Shown: one piece after another, positions 45,808 to 59,041 of the stretch
Position numbering within the stretch: the stretch's first letter is position 1
How the letters are laid out: every line of letters starts with the position of its first letter
Origin: Mustelus asterias
Lineage: Eukaryota
DNA: 64,000 bases
Direction: 5' to 3'
Assembly (NCBI RefSeq): GCF_964213995.1
Contig: NW_027590151.1
Coordinates: 620,001 to 684,000, forward strand
Program-made: the position numbers and the translations under genes
The notes under the pieces: model-generated
Seen by the model: only the letters and a program-made list of their open reading frames with translations
Told to the model about the DNA's origin: nothing
The model's database searches: none

Positions 45808-46734
45808 ATGGAGAAACCATGGAAATGTGTGGACTGTGGAAAGGGATACAGAGCCCCATCAGAGCTGGAAGCTCATCGGCGCATCCACACCAGGGAGAGA
45901 CCATTCACCTGCTCTCAATGTGGGAAGGGATTCATTCAGTTATCCGACCTGCAGTCACACCAGCGAGTTCACACTGGGGAGAGACCATTCACCTGCTCTC
46001 AATGTGGGAAGGGATTCATTCAGTTATCCGACCTGCAGAGACACCAGCGAGTTCATACTGGGGAGAAACCATTTATCTGCTCTCACTGTGGGAAGGGGTT
46101 CACTCAGTTATCCAACCTGCAGAGACACCAGCGAGTTCACACTGGAGAGAGGTCATTCACCTGCTCTCAGTGTGGGAAGGGATTCACTCGGTTATCCCTT
46201 CTGCAGACACACCAGCAAGTTCACACTGGGGAAAGACCATTCACCTGCTCTCAGTGTGGGAAGGGATTCCCTCGGTTATCCCTCCTACAGACACACCAGC
46301 AAGTTCACACTGGGGAGAGACCATTCACCTGCTCTCAGTGTGGGAAGGGATTCACTCGGGTATCCAACCTGCGGGCACACCAGCGAGTTCACACTGGGGA
46401 GAGGCCATTCACCTGCTCCCAGTGTGGGAAGGGATTCACTCAGTTATCCAGCCTGCTGACACACCAGCGAGTTCACACTGGGGAGTGGCCATTCACCTGC
46501 TCTCAGTGTGAGAAGGGATTCACTCAGTTATCCAACTTGCAGACACACCAGCGAATTCACACTGTAGAGAAACCATTCACCTGCTCTCAGTGTGGAAAGG
46601 GATTCACTCGGTCATCCGACCTGCGGAGACACCAACGCATTCACACTGGGGAGAGGCCATTCACCTGCTCTGTGTGTGGGAAGGGTTTCAGCGTTTCATC
46701 CCGGCTGCTGAGACATCAACAAGTTCACGAGTGA
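45808..46734 (+). CDS. C2H2 zinc-finger protein ZNF-2, 11 fingers, 308 aa, no effector domain
   Basis: ATG in GCACCATGG giving MEKPWKC; exon acceptor ttacAG at 45455-45456; 3' UTR homologous to ZNF-1 and ZNF-3. Confidence 0.88.
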   Translation: MEKPWKCVDCGKGYRAPSELEAHRRIHTRERPFTCSQCGKGFIQLSDLQSHQRVHTGERPFTCSQCGKGFIQLSDLQRHQRVHTGEKPFICSHCGKGFTQLSNLQRHQRVHTGERSFTCSQCGKGFTRLSLLQTHQQVHTGERPFTCSQCGKGFPRLSLLQTHQQVHTGERPFTCSQCGKGFTRVSNLRAHQRVHTGERPFTCSQCGKGFTQLSSLLTHQRVHTGEWPFTCSQCEKGFTQLSNLQTHQRIHTVEKPFTCSQCGKGFTRSSDLRRHQRIHTGERPFTCSVCGKGFSVSSRLLRHQQVHE

Positions 46735-46974
46735 TGACAGTGGTTGGATTCTGCTGTTATTGTTTCTGCTGTCAGTTGCATCCAGGACTGCATTTTGTTC
46801 ATTCTCACAGTTGGTCAATGGGAAGGGTCAGAGGGTTTCTTTGTGCTGGACTGGCTGGTCTCAGCCTCCAGTGGGCTGATGCTATTTGTGTCTTTTTGCG
46901 AATACCTGATTTCAAATGTCACAAGGATCACAGAGTGACAGTGTGTTAGGACGTTTAGAGATATTTAGTCAGAA

Positions 46975-47440
46975 GAAAACAGAGGTTGGCAGTGCAAAGG
47001 TACATTTCTGAATGGAGGGCTGTGACAAGTGACATTCCTCAGGGATCAGTGCTGGGACTTTTGCTGTTTGTAATATATATAAATGATTTGGAGGAAAATG
47101 TAACTGGTTTGATTGGTAAGTTTGTGGATGACACAAAGGTTGGTGGAATTGCGGATAGCGATGGGGACTGGCAAAGGATACAGCAGGATATAGATCAGTT
47201 GGAGACTTGGGCGGAGAGATGGCAGATGAAGTTTAATCTGGACAAATGTGAGGTAATGCATTTTGGAAGGTCTAATACAGATGGGAAATATACAGTAAAT
47301 GGAGAACCCTTCAGAGTATTCATAGGCAGAGGGATCTGGGTGTACAGGTGCACAGGTTATTGAAAGTGGCAATGAGGTGGAGAAGATAATCAAGAAGGCA
47401 TACGGCATGCTTGCCTTCATCGGCCGGGGCATTGAGTTTT
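46975..47440 (+). mobile_element. CR1 RT fragment
   Basis: PQGSVLG...FVDDTK. Confidence 0.85.
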
Positions 47441-48130
47441 TGGAAGTTTACAAACAGGATCACAAGAATGCTTAAGTAATTAATTTTGGTTACTGTTATT
47501 GTAAAGCACATGCTAAGTTTCTCTGTTTGTGTATGGATGATATTTGTGTGTTGAATGCTTCAAGCTTTGAGGTTTTCTGTCTGTGATTTAAATCAAACAG
47601 ATTTTTAACAAAGGAAGTGTGATCAATAAAACTTTTTTTGTTCTGAAGTTGTGAACCTGGAGCCATATTTACTGGCCAGAGACAGGATTCCAGGATATTT
47701 TACTAAACATGTGGGAATTTTAATCCGGATAAAACTCACTCATGAGAGAATGAGAGTTTTAATTTGTAATGGTTATTTAAAATTTGACACATGTGAAATG
47801 ATTCTGACCAATCCTGTGTTGGATTGATCTTGGGTTAAACTTCCTGTCAGGTCCAAAGATTTATTCCTGACGCAAATAACACAAAGAAAGGGAAAATTCT
47901 GGAATTGGATACTGAAGAAAAGAGTTTAAAAAGAGAGAGTGTTAAATAGAAATGTTCCCAGACCATGTGGTCATTAGATTAAAACAAAGGAAGGGTGCTG
48001 ACGTCCATTTGAGAACTTTTAATCCACCCCATTTCTAACTAAGGGAGTCTATGTACAAAGAAAGCCCAAGAAAGACCCCACCAAGGGGGGTCTGGAAAGC
48101 ATCATGATGGGGGCACCTGTCCATGAGATG
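47440..48130. repeat. Inverted paralog of about 29300-30290 (SINE-free version)
   Basis: Colinear reverse-complement similarity, e.g. ATTCTGACCAATCCTGTGTTGGATTGATCTTG. Confidence 0.88.
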
Positions 48131-48429
48131 ATCACAAAGCCCCATAATGCCCAGATACTAATTTTATTGAACCTATAATGTCTGTAATCTATCGCCATTC
48201 TGATGCGCTGAGTAACTGGATAAGAATTGATGATATTCTGTGTTGGGTGGAGTTGCACATGGTCAGCCCCTGTGGCTTCTCCCCGCTGGCGTAACTCAAT
48301 AAATTGTTTGTCGATTGAATCAGGCACAACACACTGGGTACATTCCCACTTCATCCTTAGGAGTGGCCTGATAGGCCGTGGTCCAGACTCAATGTGGCCT
48401 TTGAGGGGTCGTTGTAAATGTGCATTGAT

Positions 48430-48700
48430 AATGGTTGGAAGCACAGATCACCAGGAAATGGTTCCAGCTTTGCCAGTTGACTCTGCTGTGGGAGTGGAAG
48501 AGGAATGTTCATGTACAGATTCTCAAACTACCTCTTCACCTCCCATTCCAGAAACACCATTACAAGATTTACCAGTGGTATTGTACAGGTTGCAATGCAA
48601 CCACAAAGCTCCTGACAGACTTCCGTATTGTTAAAGACATTACTTTGTTGTATTTCTGTCCTGATGGGGGATTGAAATTTAAGGAGAGGAGAAGTGTTCC
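48430..48700 (+). mobile_element. Possible Gypsy LTR-retrotransposon 3' relic (integrase tail, PPT, LTR start)
   Basis: VLYRLQCNHKAPDRLPY resembles the LRRSxRxRKxPDRL integrase terminus. A purine tract at 48681-48694 is followed by TG. Confidence 0.4.
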
Positions 48701-50409
48701 AGAGTGTTCTTCACAACCTCTCTCCCTTCTGAGCACGTGCGGGCTTTGGGCGGGGTTTCAGTCTGCAAGTCCAGGCTGGTTCCAATGCTCCTGTTTCCTT
48801 TTGTTTGCCAATGATTTTTAAACGTTGTTATTTATTTATATAAAGAACATCCTGCTTTTAACAACACATTTGACTACCTTATTTGTGGAATGAAGTTCCC
48901 ACAATTGTAAAGCAGGAGATTAGTTAAATGGACAGCCTGAATTGTGTGACAATTGAAGAATAAATGATTCATTAATACAGTTGTTAGGCTCGAAATGTAA
49001 ATTTGAACACAAAAGTTTATAACGTTTAGAATTATAAAGATATAAAGAATGTTTAAAATTCTGTGGGAATTATAAAATGTTACCTTCTGGCAGCAACAGA
49101 ATAGAAAAAAACAGATAACAAGACTTGTTAGCGTGGCGCGGTGCCACAGTGGTTAGCACTGCTGCGTCACAGTGCCAGTGACCTGGACTCGATTCCCGGC
49201 TTGGGTGACTATGAGGAGTCTGCACGTTCTCCCCCGTGTCTGCGTGGGTTTCCTCCGGGTGCTCCAGTTTCCTCCCACAGTCCGAAAGACGTGCTGGTTA
49301 GGTACATTAGCCGTGTTAAATTCTCAATCAGTGTAACCGATCAGACGCCAGAGTGCGGCAACTAAGGGATTTTCACAGTAACTTCATTGCAGTGTTAACG
49401 TAAGCCTACTGGTGACACTAATAAATAAACTTTAATACTTTGTTAACCTTGACTGGAGGGAATGAATCAGTTCCTGTTCAAGATGTCTCAACATTGAATG
49501 ACTGATGTCAACCAATTATTGGTCAACACTCAGGCTACCCCAAGCTAAGAGATATCGTTTGAGAGAAAGAATTGTCTTAAAATTCAGACAATGTGTGTAA
49601 CTCACTAAAAACTAAACCAGTTTCATTATTGACAAGTTATCGACCAATTGGCTAATTCCCAACAATTGGCTGAGCTGGGCTTTCTACATTTTGAAAGTAT
49701 AAAAAAGGGGATTCAAGAAACCAATTTGGTTGAAGTTTTTAAAAGTTCATGGTTTTTTAAAGTTTATTTATTCGTGTCACACATTCACACTGCAATGAAG
49801 TTACTCTGAAAATCCCCCAGTCACCACACTCTGGCGCCTGTTAGGGTAAACTGAGGGAGAATTCAGCATGCTCAATGTACCTAACCAGCAAGTCCTTCGG
49901 TCTGTGGGAGAAAACCCACACAGACTGGGGGAGAATATGCAGACTCTGCACAGACAGTGACCCAAGCCGGGTCCCTGGCGCTGTGAGGCAGCAGTGCTAA
50001 CCACTGTGCCCGACAGAGAGGTGTTGAAAGCTGTTGATTTTACAAGTTATCCATGTTTTTGGAGCGGTCACTTTTTGCCCTGGTCTGAGAAGGATGGAGA
50101 GAAGTTTGTTCAATTGTTTAAGTTAAGCTTTCTCCTTTTACTGGTAATAGATTCTTTGCTTTTTTCATCCTTCTCTCTTGTTAAATTTTTAATCATTAAT
50201 AAACTTTCTGAATTCACCATTTAAAGCGTTCTTTCTTGCCATTTGGTTAAGTCACTGGAACCTGGTGTGATTTACGATTAGGGAGGTTATTGTAAACAAG
50301 TGAACCCTATAAATCTTCATTTAAATAAATCAAAGTTTTTACAAATGGAATGCTGTCCTTTATTACGAGGGAAATTGAACATAGGAAAGAGGATGTTATG
50401 CTTCAGTTA

Positions 50410-51020
50410 TGATGTGGAGATGCTGACGTTGGACTGGGGTAAACACAGTAAGAAGTCTCAGAACACCAGGTTAAAGTCCAATAGGTTTATTTGGTAGCAC
50501 AAGCCACTAGCTTTCAGAGCGCTGTCCTTTAATCAGGTGAATGGGAGTTCTGTTCACAAACAGGGCATATTAATCAAGACACAAACTCAATTTACAAAAT
50601 AATGGTTGGAATGCGAGTCTTTACAGGTAATCAAGTCTTAAAGGTACAGACAATGTGAGTGGAGAGAGGGCCAAGCACAGGTTAAAGAGATGTGTATTGT
50701 CTCCAGCCAGGACAGTTAGTGAGATTTTGCAAGCCCAGGCAAGTCGTGGGGGTTACAGATAGTGTGACATGAACCCAAGATCCCGGTTGAGGTCATCCTC
50801 ATGTGTGTGGAACTTGGCTATCAGTTTCTGCTCAGCGATTCTGCGTTGTTATGTGTCATGAAGGCCGCCTTGGAGAACGCTTACCCGAAGATCAGAGGCT
50901 GAATGCCCGTGACTGCTGAAGTGTTTCTCAACTTAAGGGTACACTCCTGCCTGGTGATTGTCGAGCGGTGTTCATTCATTCGTTGTCGTAGCGTCTGCAT
51001 GGTCTCCCTAATGTATCTGC
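50410..51020 (-). mobile_element. Penelope-like element 3' end with a GIY-YIG endonuclease fragment
   Basis: YIRETMQTLRQRMNEH (YIGET-like), then after a frameshift RRIAEQKLIAKFHTH...LNRDLGFMSHY, followed by a pseudo-LTR. Confidence 0.85.
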
Positions 51021-51089
51021 CTCGGGACAGGAGCGGTGCCAGAGGACTGGAGGACAACTGATATGGTACCACTAGTCAAGAAGAGAAGT

Positions 51090-53090
51090 AGGGAAAAAAA
51101 CAACAAATTACTGGCCAGTGAGTCTAAATTCAGCAATAGGGAAACGATTGGAAAAAATTCTGGGGGACAGAATTAATTTCCACTTGGGGAGGTAAGGATT
51201 AATCAAGGATGGGCAGCATGGTTTTGGCAAAGAGAGATCATGCCTTACAAACCTGGTTGAATTTTTGAGGAGGTGACTCGGTGTGCAGATGAGGGGAGTT
51301 CAGTTGATGTCGTCAACATGGACTTCATTAAGGCTTTTGACATGGGAGGCTGACGAAGAAGGTAAAAGCCCATGGGATCCAGGGCAATTTGCCAAACTGG
51401 ACTCAAAATTGTGTTTGTGACAGGATGCCTGTGTTTAGTGATGTTCCGCAGGGATTGGTGCTGGGTTGTTTGTTACTTGTAGTGTACGTTAATGATCTGG
51501 AGGTGAATATAGGAGGTATGATAAGTAAGTTTGCAGATGACACAAAAATTGATGATGTGCTAAAAACCGAGGAGCAAAGCCTTAGATGACAGGATGATAT
51601 CGACAGGGTGGCACGGAGGCACTGCTGCCTCACAGTGCCCGGGACCCGAGTTTGATTCCCGGCTTGGGTCACCCTCTGTGTGGAGTCTGCACATTCTCCC
51701 CAAGTCTGCGTGGGTTTCCTCCGTGTGCTCCGGTTTCCTCCCACAGTCCAAAAGCCGTGTTGATTAGGTGCAGTGGTCATGCTAAATTCTCCCTCAGTGT
51801 ACCCAAACAGGCGCTGGAGTGTGGCGACTCAGGGATTTTCACAGTAACTTCACTGCAGTGTTAATGTAAGCCTACTTGTGACACTGGTAAATAAACCTTA
51901 AAACTTTAGTTAAATGGGCAGAATAGTGGCAAGTGGAATTCGACCCTGAAAAGTTTAGTTAATTTTTGGAGGACGAGCAAGGTAACGGAATGCACAATGA
52001 ATGGTCAGGTCCTAGGAAGTACAGAGGATCAGAGGGACCTTGGTGTGAATGTCCATAGATCTCTGAAGACAGTAGGACAGTTACATAAGGTGGTTCAGAA
52101 GGCACATGGAATACTTGCCTTTATTAACCGAGGCATTGAATATATGGCTGTAGAGATTCACATTCTAATCAGTATTCTGTAACTTGATTTTGTGCCTCTG
52201 TATGCCCTGTTTCCACTCCATCTGACGAAGGAGCAGCGTTCCAAAAGTTTATGGTATTTGCTACCAAATAAACCTGTTGGACTTTAACCTGGTGTTGTGA
52301 GACTTCTTACTGTGTTCACCCCAGTCCAACGCCGGCATCTCCACATCATGGCCCTGTTTGAGAGCAGATATCCACTCCATCTGACGAAGGAGCAGCACTC
52401 TGAAACTAATGGCATTGGCTACCAAATAAACCTGTTGTTGTTAAAACTCTTACTGTGTTCACCCAGTCCAACGCCGGCATCTCCACATCATTGAATATAA
52501 GGGCAGGGAGGTTATGATGGAGCTGTATAAAACACTGGATAGGCCACAGCTGGAGTACTGTGTGCAGTTCTGGTTGCCACACGAGAGGAAGGATGTAATT
52601 GCACTGGAGAAGGTGCAGAGGAAATTCCCCAGGGTGTTGGCTGGGCTGGAGTGTTTCAGCTATGAGGAGAGGCTGGATAGGCTGGCATTGCTTTTCTTGG
52701 AGCAGAGAAGGGTGAGGGGGACCTGATTGAGGTGTATAAAATTCTGAGGGGCACAGATAGGGGGCATAGGAAGGAACTTTTCTCTTTAGTCGAGGGGTCA
52801 ATAACCAGGGACTTGGATTTAATTTCAGGAGCAGGAGGTTTATAGGAGAAGTGAGGAGAAATCTTTTGACCCAGAGGGTGGTGGGAATCTGGAACTCAGT
52901 GCCTGAAAGAATAGTAGAGGTGGGAACCTTCACAACATATAAGAAGAATTTAGTTCAGCTTTTGAAATGCCATGGCATACAAGGTTACGCACAAAGAATG
53001 GAAAATGGGATTGGAATAGAACGGTCCTTGATGGCCGGCACAAACCCGATGGGCCGAAGGGCCTCTTTCCATGCTGTAAAACTCTATGAT
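51090..53090 (+). mobile_element. Old CR1 LINE with a V-SINE (51607-51904) and tandem Penelope pseudo-LTRs (52145-52488, TSD CATTGAATATA)
   Basis: RT motifs; 11-bp TSD at 52134-52144 and 52489-52499; two decayed hammerhead motifs. Confidence 0.85.
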
Positions 53091-53251
53091 CACCCACGTT
53101 GGCAGCAAGTTCAGTATCATCATCAGTCACAACCTCCCCTGTATCTTCACTAACTGAAACAATCCATTTAAAACATTTTTAGTCGAGGAATGTAGCCATA
53201 TTTCTGTTAGGCCGGCATCCTGCATGGAGATTTCCAGCTGTGTGTGTCCAG

Positions 53252-54429
53252 GACAGGAAGCAGTGAGCATGGATCTGTCAATCAGCCTCAATCAGCACCT
53301 TCAGGAGAATTGGGAGGGTGAATATTAGATACAGCAGAGTGAGAATGGAGGGAGAGTGTGTGGGATGGAGATTCACAGCTTTTGGGGAATGAGAGAGGAA
53401 AGAATGTTCCATAGAAACTAGAATTGTTCTGAATTTCTATCCTGTAATGACACTGATCACTTTTGTAAACTCCTTTTACAGGATATTGGAAGGGGAGGAT
53501 TTACAGACATAAATCTCAAACCTAATGTCACATCAACATCTGACATCCTCACTCAATTCATCGGGATCTGAATATATCGATCTTTGATTCTCAAAGGAGA
53601 AATGTTTCCCTGTTCTGTCTGCTTCAAAAACTTTAATCATTTGTGTGACTGGAAAAGCACCAAGGCACAGATACACCCGAGTGAGAGTGTTCCAATGCAC
53701 TGAGAGTGGTAAGAGCTTTAACCAGTTACACTGCCTGAAAATACATCGCAGCATTCACAGCGGGGAGAGATTGTACCCGTGTTCTGTGTGAGATTTAACT
53801 GATTGTTTAACCTGGAGAGTCACAAGGATACCCACACCATGTAGAAAGCGTGGAAATGTGGGGACTGTGGGAAGGGATTCATATCCCCATCTCAGCTGCA
53901 AGCTCATCGACGCAGTCACACTGGAGAGAGACCATTCACTTGCTGTGTCTGTGGCAAGGGATTCAGTCAGTTATCGAATCTGCGGACACACCAGCGAGTT
54001 CACACTGGGGAGAGGCCTTTCACCTGCTCTCACTGTGGGGAGGGATTCACTTGGTTATCCAGCCTGCAGACACATCAGCAAGTTCATTCTGGCGAGAGAC
54101 CGTTCACCTGCTCTCAGTGTGGGAAGAGATTCACTCAGACATCCCACTTGCAAACACACCAGCGAGTTCACACTGGGGAGAGACCGTTCACCTGCTCTGT
54201 GTGTGGGAAGGGATTCACTGACTTATCCAGCCTGCGAGGATACCAGCGAGTTCACACCGGGGAGAAACCATTCACCTCATCTCAGTGTGGGGAGGGATTC
54301 ACTCAGTCATCCGCCCTGCGGAGACACCAGCGAGTTCACACTGGGGAGAGACCGTTCACCTGCTCTCAGTGTGGGAAGAGTTTCAGAGCTTCATCCACCT
54401 TGCTGAGACACCAACCAATTCACAAGTGA
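53252..54429 (+). pseudogene. C2H2-ZNF pseudogene ZNF-3 (66-nt exon 53252-53317; array 53839-54429, 7 fingers)
   Basis: The ATG at 53839 is immediately followed by TAG. Finger 5 has His>Tyr and finger 6 has Cys>Ser. Confidence 0.85.
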
Positions 54430-56045
54430 TTCCAGGGGTTGGATTCTGCTGTCATTGTTTCTGCTCTCAATTACATCCAGGACTGCATTTAGTTCATTCT
54501 CACAGTTGGTCAATGGGGAGGGTCGGAGGGTTTCTTTCTGCTGGACTGGCTGGTCTCATGACTTTGCCTCCAGTGGCTGAGTCTTGTTGCGAATACCTGG
54601 TTTCAGAATTCACACGGATCACAGAGTGACAGAGTGTGAGGAAGTTCAGACATGTTCAGTCAGCATTTCTATTTGAAACTCCCCCAGATGCCAATCCAAT
54701 TTCCTTTGCAATAGTTTGTTGTCTCCACTTCCTCCACGCTCGAGTTCCAGAACATTACCATTCACTGCATCAAAATATTCTTCCTCACATCCCCCCCTGC
54801 ATCTCTGACCCAAAACCATAAATCTGTGTCTCCCTCGTCCTTGTCCCATCAGCTAATGGGAACAGCTTTCCTTTGTCCACCTTATCTCAACCTGTCAGAA
54901 TTTTGTCCACCTCTATCAAATCTCCCTCAACCTCCTTTGCTCCAAGGAGAATCCCAGTCTGACATTGACAATAAGGAACAAACTAACAGAATATGTTAAT
55001 ACCTGAAATCAAATGGGAATGTTTAATTTCTGATTTAAAGATATTGTGAATATATTGTCCTAGACAATAAAGGAATTTGAACAACTCACCTTGGGTGTGG
55101 TTGAATAGAATATATCAATCTGGTATCCACCTTCATTCTGGTGAAAGTATGGAATGTGTAGCTGGAAAACCCTCCCTAACAGCACTGTGGGTGTACTTAC
55201 ACCTCAGGCATTGAAGCAGTTCAAGAAGGCAGTGTTGGGGTTGACCATGGCCGAGGCAGCTACATACAGCCACATATTCTGTTATAATTGAAGGACTGCA
55301 GATTGAATGTGAGGTATTATGGGACTGGACTATCTTGACCACATTCCTGTGACTGCTCAGTTTCTGCAATCACGGACCATTAAAACTGCTTAGCAGGGCC
55401 CTGATAGAGGACATGGTGAAAATATTTTCTCAGAATGAGTTAGAACTAAACTTATTCCAGAACACCGGCTGGTGTTCAGCAGCTGATATACCCGAATTTG
55501 TAAAAAGAGGGTCTGACCAATCAACAAACCATGGTAGGTAGTCGATTAAGAAGTGAAGAAGCGTTCTCAGGCATTGTTTAAATTATTTTATCATAAATTT
55601 GTGATAAGAACTGTGAGGGACTTGTGACCCGATAGTCGGTGAAGTGACGGTATACTCCAAGTAGCACTGGACTGAAAAGTAGACCTCTGAGAGTAGATTC
55701 TAATGGTTATAATCCTCCCCAAGCATGTTCAGTGAAAAATCAGAGCTCAAGTGGGGACTGGACAGGTCTCTTACCTGCCATTTGGAAACTAAGAACAAGA
55801 AACATATCAATAAAATAATTAGAGAATAGAGCCAACGTTTCGAGTCTGAATGACACTTCGTAAGAGCTCTTATGAAGAGACATCTGGACTCAAAATATTG
55901 GCTCTATTCTCTCTCCACAGATGCTGTCAGACCCGCTGAGATTTTCCAGCATTTTCTGGGTTTTTTTCAGATTCCAGCATCCACAGTATTTCACTTTTAT
56001 GATAAAATGATTCGGTCTGATTGGAATCCCCACGACCCTCCCGCA
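54430..56045. repeat. Inverted paralog of 31110-35914, without the CR1 and HE1 insertions
   Basis: Colinear reverse-complement similarity through the 3' UTR, LINE remnants and the palindromic Penelope-type repeat. Confidence 0.9.
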
Positions 56046-56439
56046 TTGTTCTGACTCTACCAGCTGGGCTGTGGAATTAGTTGGATAGATCTTCCAGAGA
56101 GCCAGCAGAGACATAATGGGCCAAATGGTTTCTATTTATGCTGTTTCATTCTCTAAAAGAGTGAATATTCAGTATCAGGGACAGAGAGAAGAACCAGTGA
56201 CTGCGATTGAACCCAGCCAGAATCAGCACCATAAAGGGAGGAGTGAGAGGGAAACGATGTAAAAGCTTTGAAGTTATTGCATGGTCCTGCAGCAGAACTT
56301 TGAGAAATGGAGCACAGCAGATCACCAATTCTCAATATTTCATTAATTTACCTCAAATGCTAACAATGTTATTTTGAATTAACTGTATGAGGTTTCAATG
56401 GCGGTTATTACCCAGCATTCGCTGCGGGTGTGAAAGTGC

Positions 56440-56780
56440 CCTATTCATCCACAGGAGCCCAGTGCGCAGGCGCAGCGCTGTATCTGGCGCAGTGTCACTT
56501 TGCTCGGAGCCCTGCGGGAGACACTTTTTTCAACGGGTAAGAATCGGTGGGGCGCAAGGAGGAATGGAACCGGGAGCCGGGGTGGGGAGGGAACAGAGGT
56601 TTCATAAACATCTGCTGCAGGCCGCAAGGCCTGAATTAGAGCCTTCCGGTCCCGGGTTTGCAGCTCCGGGGATTTTATCCGGGATCAGGCCCAGTGCCGC
56701 AGCCGCCATTTTTGTTCAGCGGGGAGCAGAGCGCATGCGCGATCAGTGGGCGGAGCTTCAGGATTTGGGTGACCAGGAGA
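56440..56780. promoter_or_regulatory. CpG-rich promoter, probably of ZNF-4
   Basis: NRF1 motifs TGCGCAGGCGCA (56463) and GCGCATGCGC (56731); YY1 motif GCCGCCATTTT (56702); candidate first donor G/GTAAGA at about 56537. Confidence 0.65.
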
Positions 56781-58602
56781 GACAATGTTTGAGTCATTGA
56801 CTGACAGGCCGGGTTCATGGATGCTGCCTTTCCCGGGGGAAGGTGCTGCAGGGGGAATGTGCGGCCATTCGAATAACAGAATAAAAACATGATCAAAATT
56901 AGGAGCAGGAGGGGGCATCTAGACCCATCGAGGCTGCTCTGCCATTCAGTAAAGACATGGCTTAACTCAATTTTCCTCCAGCCCCAACCTCTCTATCTCA
57001 TCACTCCCTGGTCGGTAAAATTGTATATAACACAGCTTTGAATATACTCAATGAGCCGGCCTCTACTGTTCAATGAGGGAGAGAATTTCACAGCTTACTG
57101 AACCTCTGAGAGAAGCAATTTCTCCTCATCTCTGTCTTAGATCATTATTTTTAAGTTGTTCTCGCAGTTCCAGATTCCCTGTTGAGGGGTAAACCCTTTC
57201 AGCGTTGACTCTGTCAAGCACCTTCAGAATCTCATATGTTTCAGTAAGATCACATCTCATTTATTTAAAATCCAATGAGCATAGATGTACCCTGCCTAAC
57301 CTTTCCTCATAAAACAGACCCCTTCATGCCCAAAATCAGCGAGTGAACATTGTCTGAATTGCTTCCAATGTAAGTATATTCCATCTTAAGTAATCTTATG
57401 CTAGAAAACAGGAGGGGAGAATGTTATGGATTTATATTCGGGACTGACAAATGACTGTTGGGGGTGACACAGTGGTTAGCACTTCTGTCTCATAGCGCCA
57501 GAGACACGGTTCAATTCCAGCCTCGGGTGATTGTCTGTATGGAGTTTACACATTCTCCCTCTGTCCATGTGGGTTTCCTCTGGGTGCTCTGGTTTCCTCC
57601 CACACTCCAAAGATGTGCAGGTTAGGTTGATCGACAGTGCTAAATTGTGTCTTTGTGTCCCAAGATGAGGGGGAAGGAAAGGGGAGGATTAGTGATGTAC
57701 GTACATCAGGTTACAGGGATAGGGTCTGAGTAAAGGTGCTCTGTTAGAAACTTGGTGCAGACTAAATGGCCTAAAAGGCCTCCTTCTGCACTGCAGAGAT
57801 TCTGTGATTTTGGAATCTCCTTGGTTAGAAGAGGATTTTCAAGCAATCTCAAACCCCCAAAAAATGTTATCTCTTAATTTCAAGCCACAATTAACATGAC
57901 TCTTGTAATCTCCTTTTGCAGGGAGTTAGAATATTTGAAGATTGCAATTTTTCTCTGATTCCAGTGCTTCTGACATCTTTCCAGCCGCAGGTTTTAAATT
58001 AGAAAACAGTGAAATTGTTTCAGAAGTGAGTATTATTGAACATTTACCTATAATTTTGAGTTTTTGTGCTGTGCTCTGTTATCTGTGCTCTGGTTCCACG
58101 TCTCTGGGGCTGGTGTGACTCCGTTACTGTGGATCTGAATCCATGTCCATCCATTGCTTTGTTTCACCTCTGCCCTCCCTGATCACCTCTCTGTCATTGT
58201 CAGTTCAGAGAAGGATCTGCAGGCTGATACCTGGGATGAAGGCGTTGTTTTGTGAGATAAGTTTGGGCCTGTACTGACTGGAGTTTAGAGGTGATCATAG
58301 TATTGACATCAGATTGTGAGGTAGTGATTAGTATAGATGAAGAGAGGATGTTTCCAATGTTGGGGATTCTAGAATTAGTCGGCAGATTGTCAAAATAAAG
58401 GGTCCCCCATTTCAGATGGCGATGAGGAGAAATGTCTTCCCTCAGAGGGCCGTTAGTCTTTGCAATTCTCTTCCCCAGAGAGCAGTGAAGGCTGCATCAT
58501 TAAATATACTCAAAACACAGAGATTTTTGATTGAAAAGGGAGTCAAGGGTGACAGGAAGAAAAGTGGAGTTAAGATTACATCAAATCAGCCATGATCTTG
58601 AT

Positions 58603-59041
58603 GGGGAGACGATGGCCTTGTGGTATTATTGCTGGACTATTAATCAGAAACTCAGCTAATGTTCTGGGGACCCGGGTTTGAATCCTGCCATAGAATCATA
58701 GTAATCCTACAGTACAGAGGGAGGCCATTCAGCCCATCGAGTCTGCACCAACAACAATCCCACCCCATAGCAGCTGGTGGAATTTGAATTCAATAAAAAA
58801 TATCTGGAATTAAGAAATTACTGATGACCATGAAACCCTTTCGATTGTCGGAAAAACCTATCTGGTTCACTCATGTCCTTCAGGGAATGAAATCTGCCAT
58901 CCTTAATTGGTCTGGCCTACATGTGACTCCAAAGCCACAACAATGTGGTTGACTCTCAACTGCCCTCCAAGGGCTACTGGGGATGGGTAATAAATGCTGG
59001 CCAGCCAGCAACATCCATGTCCCATGAATGAATAAAAAAAA
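58603..59041 (+). mobile_element. DeuSINE (SacSINE1-like); further copies at 9105-9460(-) and 60023-60412(-)
   Basis: tRNA-like head plus Deu-like core CTGGTTCACT...GTCCTTCAGGGAA...GGTCTGGCCTACATGTGACTCCA and an A-rich tail. Confidence 0.75.
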
